Below, piece after piece: positions 42,782 through 51,058 of a stretch of DNA of 64,000 bases; the stretch's first letter is position 1; the number at the start of each line of letters is the position of its first letter. This DNA is from Nitrospinales bacterium. Its GTDB lineage: Bacteria; Nitrospinota; Nitrospinia; Nitrospinales; VA-1. The stretch is from assembly GCA_965223345.1 (NCBI GenBank), contig CBDCWG010000001.1, forward strand, positions 190,846-254,845, given 5' to 3'. The position numbers and the translations under genes were made by a program. Under the pieces are notes generated by a model. The model was not told the DNA's origin. It searched no databases and was given only the letters and a program-made list of their open reading frames with translations.

Positions 42782-43044
42782 CCCCAGCCCAGCATTTTCG
42801 GCAGGTCCGTGCGCGTGAACGCCCAGTAGACCAGAACGACGAGAAACGAGATCACCGAAACGAAGAACACGACGAGCTTGACCAGCCGTTTCGGGTCGGT
42901 GTGGTAGTACTCTTTGACATCCTCGGCGAAACTTTCGATCACCCCTTCGTCGGGGTGTTTTTTGTAGGTCTTGTCGAACGCGTCCCGCCCGTAGATGATC
43001 CCGAAGATGACGGCGATCATCAGGATTTCGATCGCTCCGATCAT
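42778..43044 (-). CDS. Small two-TM membrane protein (88 aa) with TatA-like N-terminus
   Basis: MIGAIEILMIAVIFGIIYG...; ATGA overlap with upstream 852-aa gene; the 260-aa ORF call is over-extended. Confidence 0.7.
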   Translation of the reverse strand: MIGAIEILMIAVIFGIIYGRDAFDKTYKKHPDEGVIESFAEDVKEYYHTDPKRLVKLVVFFVSVISFLVVLVYWAFTRTDLPKMLGWG

Positions 43045-45599
43045 CGTCCGGCCTCCGGTGAGTCGCTGGCCCTCGCGTGCTGCGTTTCCGTCTCGTTGCG
43101 TGTCATCTTTTTCGGCCCATCGGTTTTTTCGCCGTTTTTGGCACAACGGAAACCGTAATCTTCCAGACGCGTGTCCGGGTAGCTGTTGTTGCGAAATGAA
43201 GAGTAGATGAACCCGGCCAGGTCCCGCCAGGAACCGCCGCGCAAGACCTTGAATTCGCCCCCGATGGGGCCTCTCGGATTCGCGTAGTCGGATTCCTCGG
43301 TATAATACTCCCGGTCGTACCAGTCGTCCACCCATTCTTTCACGTTGCCCGCCATGTTGAACACGCCGTACGGGCTTTTCCCCGCCTCCAGCGCGTCCAC
43401 CGGCACCATGACCCTGTGTTTGCGCTCTTCCGTCCAGGCCTGAAGGTAGCGTGCCTGTTCGGGCGTGGGCGGCGTGTTGCCCCAGGGGAAGAGGCGCTTG
43501 TCCGCACCGCGCGCCGCTTTTTCCCATTCCGCTTCGGTCGGCAGGCGTTTGCCTTTCCATTTGCAGAAGGCCTTGGCGCCGTTCCAGTTGACGTTGTTGA
43601 TCGGGAACGCCTCCAGGCCGGGCCGCGGCGCGAAGCGGCCGGTAAAGGTCAGCACCCCGAATTTGTTGTCGAGGTAGTACCCCTTCACATTGTCCACGGC
43701 GTTTAGAAACTCCGCGTAGGCGGTCGCCGAGACTTCGTACTTGTCGATGTAGAACGCATCCACGTAGACCTTGTGTTCGGGCAGTTCGTCTTCGCCGTTC
43801 TTGTTGGAACCCATCGAGAAAAATCCCGCCGGGATGTGCACCATGTTTTCTGGAACCGCATCTTGCCCATTCGGGGTGTCGGGTTCAGACGTTTCCGCGG
43901 AAACTTTTTTCAGGTGCATGGTTTCCAGAAGATTGCGCGCTTCCTCGACGAAGCGGCCCGACGCGTTTTTTTCCACGTACCCTTCCAGAAACGGCTTGGC
44001 GGTGTCCTTCAGGCCGGCGTGGAAATAGATCCAGCCGGTGAAGTATTCCAGCTCCGGCCGGTTTGCAAACCGTTTCGCCGCATCCTCAATGTCTTTCACC
44101 ATGCCGCTCACGGCGCTGGGGTCCTTGTCGGCGAGCGCTTTCTGATACCAGCGTTTCGATTCGGCAAATTCGCGCGACAAGAGGGAATAGAATCCCAGGT
44201 TCATGTGCGCCAGCGTCAACAGCTCCTTGTGTCCGGCGGCGTTTTCGATGCCGCGCTTGGTCCAGGCGGCCGCCATGTCGAAATTGCCTTTGCGGTAATG
44301 CGTCCAGCCCAGCTGCACGTAGGCCTTCAGGTTTTTCGGGTCGTATTCGATCAGGTAGCCGTACAGCTCGATGGCGCGGTCGAAATCCTCCTCGCGGTAG
44401 TAGGTCTCCGCCAGCGAGTCCAGCACCTCCGGCTTGCCCGGAAAGCGCTGGCGCAGGTTGGCGAACGTCTGCCGGGCCAGCTCGTAGCGGCCCATTCTGA
44501 GATACACATTGCCGAGCGCCATCTCGGTGGACACGTCGCCGGGATTCAGGGCCGCGATGCGTTTCAGATGCAGCAGCGCCCCGAAATAGCGCCGCTTTTC
44601 CAGATAAAGCCGCACCAGCGCTTTGTGCGCCGCCTCGAAACCCGGGTCGATCTGCACCACCTGCAGGAAGGCCTCCACCGCGCCCTGAGTCTGCCCCGCC
44701 TTGTTGCGGGCGAGTCCCAGGTTGAACAGGGTTGCCGTGTTGTTGGGGTCCGCTTCGAACGCCCGCTGGTAATGCTCGAGCGCCCGGTCCAGCTGGCCGG
44801 TCTCCGAATAGATGTTGGCGAGGTTGTTGTGCGCTTCGATGGAACGCGTGTTGATGCGGGTGGAAAGATCGAGATAAAACACCGCTTTGCCGGGGTTGCC
44901 GCCTTTGTAGTAGACCATCCCCACATTGGAGAAATACGCCCCCAGGGTCTGTTTCTCGCTCAGGTTGGTCATGAAAAATTCCGCCGTTTCCGCCACCCCG
45001 AAGCGTTGCCGGTAAAAGGAATCCGGATGCCGCGCGCCGCGCTCGGTCGCCTCGATGTTGATGCGGGCCCCTTGCGCTTCGTAGCGCACGAAAAAATGAT
45101 TGGGCAGCGCCACGCCGTGCAGCGGCAGGTCCAGCCGCTCGGCCAGGATGAGATACAGCAGCGACAGGTTCATGCAGTAGCCGCGCCGGTTTTGCAGCAG
45201 GCCGTGCATGAACAGCTCGGCCGGATCGATGGGGATGCCCTGCGGGTCCACCCGGTCGGTGAAATCGTAGTTGGATTCCAGATGGATCACCGTCCGCAGC
45301 GCTTCCACGATCTGCTCCGGCGTGGAGGCGGCGTTGATTTTTGTACGCAGCGCATCGGTCAGCCGGTCCAGTTCCGCAGTGAGGCCGCTCAGATCGAGAG
45401 AGGGATCCCGGTCTTTCGAGATCAAGAGCACCGTGCGGGCGAGATCGATGTCTCTGGCGTCCGCTGTGACAAGGGCCGTCAGGGACTGTTCCAGCGAGGG
45501 GGCGGCCCCGGTTTCGGCCTTCGCTGCCGGAGTGCTTAAAAACGGCAGCAGAAACACCAACCCGAGGAAGAGAATCGAATGCAGTCTGCTGGCGCTCAT
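43041..45599 (-). CDS. Exported transglutaminase-like (SirB1/Transglut_core2) + TPR + FGE-sulfatase-domain protein
   Basis: Signal peptide; GYCM..PNHF..NIEAT; multiple TPRs; RLPTEAEWEKAARG, MAGNVKEWV, RGGSW...GFRC. Confidence 0.88.
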   Translation of the reverse strand: MSASRLHSILFLGLVFLLPFLSTPAAKAETGAAPSLEQSLTALVTADARDIDLARTVLLISKDRDPSLDLSGLTAELDRLTDALRTKINAASTPEQIVEALRTVIHLESNYDFTDRVDPQGIPIDPAELFMHGLLQNRRGYCMNLSLLYLILAERLDLPLHGVALPNHFFVRYEAQGARINIEATERGARHPDSFYRQRFGVAETAEFFMTNLSEKQTLGAYFSNVGMVYYKGGNPGKAVFYLDLSTRINTRSIEAHNNLANIYSETGQLDRALEHYQRAFEADPNNTATLFNLGLARNKAGQTQGAVEAFLQVVQIDPGFEAAHKALVRLYLEKRRYFGALLHLKRIAALNPGDVSTEMALGNVYLRMGRYELARQTFANLRQRFPGKPEVLDSLAETYYREEDFDRAIELYGYLIEYDPKNLKAYVQLGWTHYRKGNFDMAAAWTKRGIENAAGHKELLTLAHMNLGFYSLLSREFAESKRWYQKALADKDPSAVSGMVKDIEDAAKRFANRPELEYFTGWIYFHAGLKDTAKPFLEGYVEKNASGRFVEEARNLLETMHLKKVSAETSEPDTPNGQDAVPENMVHIPAGFFSMGSNKNGEDELPEHKVYVDAFYIDKYEVSATAYAEFLNAVDNVKGYYLDNKFGVLTFTGRFAPRPGLEAFPINNVNWNGAKAFCKWKGKRLPTEAEWEKAARGADKRLFPWGNTPPTPEQARYLQAWTEERKHRVMVPVDALEAGKSPYGVFNMAGNVKEWVDDWYDREYYTEESDYANPRGPIGGEFKVLRGGSWRDLAGFIYSSFRNNSYPDTRLEDYGFRCAKNGEKTDGPKKMTRNETETQHARASDSPEAGR

Positions 45600-45677
45600 A
45601 GATTCGCAGTGTTCCAGTGGGAGATGGATTCCATTATATCAGATGGCCGCCGGGATTTGGGGCCGGGGAGGGCCGGT

Positions 45678-45968
45678 TCAGCCCCCCGAAACCGATTGCA
45701 CGATGGTCAGGCTGTCGCCGGATTTGAGGGGTGTGTCCGTCTGTTTCAGCCAGCGGGTGTTTTCCTCGTTGAGAAAAAACAGCACATGCTGGCGCGGCGC
45801 GCCGGATTCGTCGAAAAGATGCACCCTGAGCAGCGGATAGCGATCGAGCAGGTGTTCGAGGCACCGGTTGAGGGTGTCCGCCTCGATCTCGACGCGCGAG
45901 CGGCCTTGCGTGCAGTGGGTCAGCAGACTGGGAAGATGCACCGGGATGCGCGGCATGGTTCGCTTCAT
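45678..45968 (-). CDS. MoaD/ThiS ubiquitin-like protein
   Basis: Beta-grasp length, C-terminal VSGG; ATGA-coupled to upstream propeller gene. Confidence 0.92.
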   Translation of the reverse strand: MKRTMPRIPVHLPSLLTHCTQGRSRVEIEADTLNRCLEHLLDRYPLLRVHLFDESGAPRQHVLFFLNEENTRWLKQTDTPLKSGDSLTIVQSVSGG

Positions 45969-47047
45969 TCCAGCCTGAGGGCCGATACGCAGTAGATCCT
46001 CGGAAACGCGTGCGGCAGGCTCTGCCAGTGCTCGCCTTCATCGGCGCTGGTGTACAGCGTGCCGCCCGTGGTGCCGAAATAGACCCCGCATGGGTCCTCG
46101 GCGTCGGTGGCCAGCGCGTGGCGCAGCACCGAAACGTAACCGGTTTCGGGAAACCCGTTCGTCAGCGCCTGCCAGGAATCGCCCGCATCGCTGGAACGGT
46201 ACACAGCGGGTCGCCCGTTCGGGAAAAACCGGTATTCGTCGCTCTCGAGCGGCGCCACGTACAGCGTCCCCGGCCTGTTGGGATGCACGGCCATGGGAAA
46301 TCCGAACGAAGAGGGCAGGCCGTTTTCGATGCGTTCCCAGGAGTCGCCGCCATCCAAGCTGCGGAACACGCCGCGGTGGTTCTGCTGGAACAGCCGCCGG
46401 GGATTTTGGGGGTCCATCACCAGCCGGTGCACGCAGCGGCCGATGTCTTTGTGCGTTTCCATCTCCAGCGCCGCCATCACCCCCTGGTTTTTGCTGTGCC
46501 AGGTCGCGCCGCCGTCGTCGCTGCGGAACACCCCCACCGCCGAAATCCCCACCCAGATGCGGTCCGCGTTGTCCGGGTCGATCAGGATCGAATGGCAGCA
46601 CAGGCCGCCTGCGCCGGGCACCCACTCGCTGCGCGTGGCGTGGCGCGAGAGGCCGGAAAGTTCCTGCCAGTGCAACCCGCGATCGCGCGAGACGAACAAT
46701 CCCGCCTCGTCCACCCCGGCGTACAACGTGTCGGGCTGGTCTTTGGGGCCGGGGACGACGGTCCACACGTTGTTGAGCTTGAAACCGGAGTCCGCATCGT
46801 AGCTTGGCCCGTGCTGCACCTGTTCGAAGTGCCCGCCCAGATCGCGTGAGATGTGCAGGGCGGGGCCGTACACGTCGTGCCCGACCGCGGCGTACAGCGT
46901 CGGCTCGGACCGCTGATCGAGCATGAGGTCGAACACCTTCCAGCCCTTGAGAAACGGCCCGCGCAGTTGCCAATCCTTGCGTCCGTTTTGCGACTCCAGC
47001 AGAAAACCGCCTTTGTCGGTGCCGATGAAAATCCCGTGTCTGGCCAT
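45965..47047 (-). CDS. BNR/Asp-box beta-propeller protein (sialidase-like)
   Basis: Repeated SxDxGxxW Asp-boxes; GGLCCHS and GRCVH motifs; start refined to MARHGIF. Confidence 0.9.
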   Translation of the reverse strand: MARHGIFIGTDKGGFLLESQNGRKDWQLRGPFLKGWKVFDLMLDQRSEPTLYAAVGHDVYGPALHISRDLGGHFEQVQHGPSYDADSGFKLNNVWTVVPGPKDQPDTLYAGVDEAGLFVSRDRGLHWQELSGLSRHATRSEWVPGAGGLCCHSILIDPDNADRIWVGISAVGVFRSDDGGATWHSKNQGVMAALEMETHKDIGRCVHRLVMDPQNPRRLFQQNHRGVFRSLDGGDSWERIENGLPSSFGFPMAVHPNRPGTLYVAPLESDEYRFFPNGRPAVYRSSDAGDSWQALTNGFPETGYVSVLRHALATDAEDPCGVYFGTTGGTLYTSADEGEHWQSLPHAFPRIYCVSALRLE

Positions 47048-47281
47048 CGTGCGCGCATCCTGAAAATGAGTGAAAACAGCGACCTCAATCCTAACACGCA
47101 ACGCGGTGCAAAAAGAACGGGATTCCCGTTTGCGGGCCGTGCACAAACAGCCGGTTCCGTTCGGTCGCAGGGGGCACGTGAAATGGCTGAATTTTCATGG
47201 TTTTTTTGAGGCCCGGCCGCGAGGCGTCAAAGCGGCGTGCCAGCATCGTCTTCCCGCTAGCCGCGATGTGTTTTGATCTGC

Positions 47282-47309
47282 TTGAAATTCAATAGATTAT
47301 TGCTATGAT
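47282..47309 (+). promoter_or_regulatory. Candidate promoter of the 228-aa hypothetical gene
   Basis: TTGAAA-16-TATGAT with extended TG. Confidence 0.55.
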
Positions 47310-47358
47310 AGTAAGGATTGGCCCGATTCCTGTATCTCCAACACACAACAGGTGATTT

Positions 47359-48045
47359 ATGGCCGAAAAATTCACACATCTGGACAGCGGTGACAGCGAC
47401 ACCACCGAATCGTTCTTTTCCGACCAGCTGTTGAAAGCGCGCATCGAGGCTGGGCTGGAATCGAACGCAGGCTACGACCCGATCTTCGAGGAAGGCCGCA
47501 GCGAGGAATGGAAGGAGCGGCACTGGAAGCAGGTCAAGGCCAACGACCTCAAATACGACGAGGACGTGAACCAGTATATCACCCTCACTCTGGCGGACCT
47601 CGCCAACCCGCAATCGCTTTCCCTCATCCATAAATACGTGGTCGGTCTCGATGCGGACGTCGGCAAAATCGCCGTCCAGCAGGAACAGACCGCCATCCGG
47701 TATTTTCTCTACAAGATCAACGCGGATTTTCTGCTGCTCAACCTGGGGCTGTTCAACCCGGACGGCAATGTGATGGGAGAGGCCTATTTCGACAAAGGCG
47801 AGTCCTACTATTACAGCGCCGCCACCAGCCTCAAAAAAGTGGAAGGCGGGCGTTCCGGCACCTCCGACGTGCTGGAGAAGCTGGCCAACCAGTTCAAAAA
47901 ATACGTGGTCATCCTGAGGCAGATGAAAAACTCCGCCGACAATTATTTCAGCTTTCACTTTAAAGTTTCCGACCTTGAGATCCGTTCGCTCGAGGAAACC
48001 CTGAGCTTCGAAGTGCGCAGGAAAAACGGCCCCGGTCCCGTCTGA
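47359..48045 (+). CDS. Hypothetical soluble, predicted helical protein
   Basis: 228 aa, host codon bias, AGGTG SD; YKINADFLL, GESYYYSA motifs. Confidence 0.75.
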   Translation: MAEKFTHLDSGDSDTTESFFSDQLLKARIEAGLESNAGYDPIFEEGRSEEWKERHWKQVKANDLKYDEDVNQYITLTLADLANPQSLSLIHKYVVGLDADVGKIAVQQEQTAIRYFLYKINADFLLLNLGLFNPDGNVMGEAYFDKGESYYYSAATSLKKVEGGRSGTSDVLEKLANQFKKYVVILRQMKNSADNYFSFHFKVSDLEIRSLEETLSFEVRRKNGPGPV

Positions 48046-48101
48046 CCGGCGGCCGCTTCGGACCCTCCGTCCACCCCAAACCACTTTTCCTTTAACAACG
48101 G

Positions 48102-48995
48102 ATGCACCTCTCCGGCCGAAAAAAAACACAATGGGCGGTCTTTTTGGCCGCCTGCCTGCTGTTTCTGGGCGGCGGCAAGCTGCTGATGGTGTGGGAGGAG
48201 AGTGGCTTTTTTGCGCGGATCCCGCCGTATTCCAATTCGCAGGTGCAATGGACGCGGGTGAACGCCTGGATGCAAGACAAAAAAGCCGTCCCCCTGCATG
48301 TGGTGCCCGATCCTGAGGTGCTGGCGGCCATCCGCGCGATCGTGCGTCCGGCCGGCGTTTCCAGGGAAACGCTGCTCAAAAACGTCATGCGCTTCGTGCA
48401 CGACAATTCCATCCACAAGATCGACGCCGAGCATCACACCTACGCGTTCAAAACCGATGCGGTCCTCAGCATGCTGTTGGCCGTCCAGCGCGGCGAGTCC
48501 GGGCACAAACCGCATCTGTCCTGCGGCTCGCGCTCCTATGCCATGAAAGGCATCCTCGACGATCTGGGAATCTCCTCCCGCCTGGTGCAGATTTTTTCCA
48601 GAGACTACAAGCGGATGGAGGGCCACCGTTTTCTGGAGGTCTATGATCCGGAGTCTGCGGCCTGGGAAGCCTGGGACCCCGATTTCAACGTCACCTACGT
48701 GGACGCGCAGAGTGGAGCGCCTGTGGACGTGTTGAGCCTGCTGTTTGCCAAACCCGGACGCGTCGTTCCGGTGCGCGGCGATGTCAAAGGTTGGAACGAA
48801 ACCGGCACCGCACACCTGCGCGAGCATTTTTTGCAGGCCGTCCTGTTCGAGGCGCTGACGCTGGACGGCCGGCGTCAGTTTCTGCTGGTTGCGCAAAAAA
48901 ACCGCTTCCCGCCGGACACGGTCTTTACAGGCGGCGAGACCACCCAGCAGTGGTTCGATCAGCGCTTCGGAAACCCCGTGACCCTCCGGTTTTAA
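48102..48995 (+). CDS. Membrane-anchored transglutaminase-like protein
   Basis: N-terminal TM; putative triad LSCGSRS, GHRFLEVY, WDPD. Confidence 0.7.
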   Translation: MHLSGRKKTQWAVFLAACLLFLGGGKLLMVWEESGFFARIPPYSNSQVQWTRVNAWMQDKKAVPLHVVPDPEVLAAIRAIVRPAGVSRETLLKNVMRFVHDNSIHKIDAEHHTYAFKTDAVLSMLLAVQRGESGHKPHLSCGSRSYAMKGILDDLGISSRLVQIFSRDYKRMEGHRFLEVYDPESAAWEAWDPDFNVTYVDAQSGAPVDVLSLLFAKPGRVVPVRGDVKGWNETGTAHLREHFLQAVLFEALTLDGRRQFLLVAQKNRFPPDTVFTGGETTQQWFDQRFGNPVTLRF

Positions 48996-49059
48996 AGGCG
49001 TTGACGTTCCCACCCGCCACTCTGTCTCCCGATCCCTCCTGATCCACAGAAGCCATCCA

Positions 49060-49089
49060 TTGAAAAACTGGCGCGGGGTGCGCTATAAT
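49060..49089 (+). promoter_or_regulatory. Candidate promoter of hybrid kinase gene
   Basis: TTGAAA-18-TATAAT. Confidence 0.5.
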
Positions 49090-49189
49090 ATATTCATGTG
49101 TTTTCTATGTAAATTAATAGTCGAGAGCAACCCGAAACAGAAACGACCGCAAAACACCCCGATACGATACGGCAAACGGCCATCCCGCA

Positions 49190-50434
49190 ATGATCATCTC
49201 CGACGAAGACTTGAAGAAGGCCCGTATTCTGATCGTTGACGATCAGGCGGCCAACGTGCTCCTCTTGCAGCAGTTTCTCAAGCAGCGCGGATTCACCCAG
49301 GTGAAGAGCACCGAGGATTCCCGCCAGGCCGCCGCGCTGTACAGGGAGTTCGATCCGGATCTCGTACTTCTCGATCTGAACATGCCGCATCTGGACGGAT
49401 TCGCCGTGATGCAGCAGCTCAGGGAAATCGAAAAGGACAACTACGTGCCCGTGATGGTGTTGACCGCCCAGACGGATCAGGAAAACCGTCTCAAGGCGCT
49501 GGAGGCGGGGGCGAAGGATTTTTTGAGCAAACCGCTCGATTTTGCGGAAGTTTCACTGCGCATCCGCAACATCCTCGAGATCCGCCTGCTCAACAACCTG
49601 CTCAGCGAGTCCAGGCAGTTTTTTGAGATCAAGGCGCGCGAGCGGGCCGTGGAATTAATCAGCAAGGACGAAGCCCTGAACGAGGAGATCAGCAGCCGCA
49701 TGCTGGCGGAGCGGGAGAACAAGGGCCTGGCCGAACAGTTGGAGATGAAAAACCAGGAATTGAACGATTTTTTCTACGCCGCCTGCCACGACCTCAAGGA
49801 GCCCTTGCGGAAAATCGTTTCCTTCGGCGGCATGCTGCAGTCTGCGTTGAACGGGGCCGAAGGGAAAGAGGCCGGATATCTGGACCGGCTGGATCATTCG
49901 GTGGGAAGGATGCAGAGTCTCATCGACGATCTGATCCTTTTTTACGAATTTCACCGCAAAAAAAGCGCGTTCCGCTCGCTCGACCTCAATCCGCTGGTCG
50001 AAGCGCTGATCGCCGAGCTCACAGCAGGCGATACCGAGTCAGCGAACCGGGTGGAGAAAAAAACACTCCCCACCCTGGAGGCGGATGCGGAACAGATCGG
50101 CCTGCTGTTCAAGCATCTGATCGCCAACGGGCTCAAGTTTCATGCCCCCGGAAGCCCCTCGAAGGTCTGGCTGGAGGGCCAGTCCCTCGGCAACGGATTC
50201 TGGAAAATCGGCGTGCGCGACGACGGCATCGGCTTCGATCCCAAATACATCCCCACTGTGTTGAAACCGTTCAAGCGCCTGAACACGAAAGATCAATATC
50301 CCGGCAACGGGATGGGGCTGGCCTACTGCCGGCAGGTGGTGTTCAACCACGGGGGAACGCTCAAGATCATCAGCGCGCCGGGGCAGGGCACCAAAGTCGA
50401 GATCGTCCTGCCCGAAACGCAGAGACCGCAATGA
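49190..50434 (+). CDS. Hybrid receiver-histidine kinase
   Basis: REC (ILIVDD, LLDLNMP, SKP), H-box CHDLKEPLR, NGLKF, DDGIG, GNGMGL. Confidence 0.92.
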   Translation: MIISDEDLKKARILIVDDQAANVLLLQQFLKQRGFTQVKSTEDSRQAAALYREFDPDLVLLDLNMPHLDGFAVMQQLREIEKDNYVPVMVLTAQTDQENRLKALEAGAKDFLSKPLDFAEVSLRIRNILEIRLLNNLLSESRQFFEIKARERAVELISKDEALNEEISSRMLAERENKGLAEQLEMKNQELNDFFYAACHDLKEPLRKIVSFGGMLQSALNGAEGKEAGYLDRLDHSVGRMQSLIDDLILFYEFHRKKSAFRSLDLNPLVEALIAELTAGDTESANRVEKKTLPTLEADAEQIGLLFKHLIANGLKFHAPGSPSKVWLEGQSLGNGFWKIGVRDDGIGFDPKYIPTVLKPFKRLNTKDQYPGNGMGLAYCRQVVFNHGGTLKIISAPGQGTKVEIVLPETQRPQ

Positions 50435-50449
50435 GGCCGCCGCAACGGT

Positions 50450-50962
50450 TCATTCGCATTCGGACATGAAACCGATTTTGCAGACCACGGGTTTTGTTTC
50501 CACGAACCGGTTCAACGTCGCATTCAGCCAGGTCTGCACCAGTTGATACAATTCCTCGTAGAAGGCGCTCAAATCCGAACGCTCGGCGTCCGGGATGGAA
50601 AAGCCTTTTTCCTTCTCGGAGGTTTTGATCAGAAACGCATCCCCTTCCTTTTTGATTCCCAGCACGATCAGCACCGGCTGCGCTGGAAAACCCGCCCCGT
50701 TGACGGGGATCAGAGTCATCTCGATGCCGATGTGCCAGTACATGTCCTGGCCCAGGAGAAGCGCTTCGCTCACAGGGTAGGTTTTTCCCGGCTCGGCTTT
50801 CTGCAGCGTGGGGATCACCCGGAAGCGGTCTTGCGGAACGGAAAAGAAGGTCGCCAGGCCCTCGACCAGAGCTTCTGCGAAATGAATGCAGTCCGCGTGG
50901 TAGTCGGAAAACCGCTGCCTGGAATCGGAATACAGAGTGCAAAGTGCATCGTATCTGGACAT
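50450..50962 (-). CDS. Hypothetical protein
   Basis: 170 aa, GGAGG SD, near-terminal KIGF motif. Confidence 0.7.
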   Translation of the reverse strand: MSRYDALCTLYSDSRQRFSDYHADCIHFAEALVEGLATFFSVPQDRFRVIPTLQKAEPGKTYPVSEALLLGQDMYWHIGIEMTLIPVNGAGFPAQPVLIVLGIKKEGDAFLIKTSEKEKGFSIPDAERSDLSAFYEELYQLVQTWLNATLNRFVETKPVVCKIGFMSECE

Positions 50963-51058
50963 GGAGAACCCCCTCCTCCCTGGGTGAAATTCAAGAAAAA
51001 GAACCGGGCGCGCGTGAGCCGTATTATCAAACCGTGTGTTGATGTCGTGGGAAAACCC

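Noticed and set aside
43140-43250. FGE-domain C-terminus as a diversity-generating retroelement variable region
   Set aside because: No template repeat or reverse transcriptase seen in the window
49068-49084. Sigma54 promoter (GG-N10-GC)
   Set aside because: Poor -12 element; the overlapping TTGAAA/TATAAT sigma70 match is more convincing
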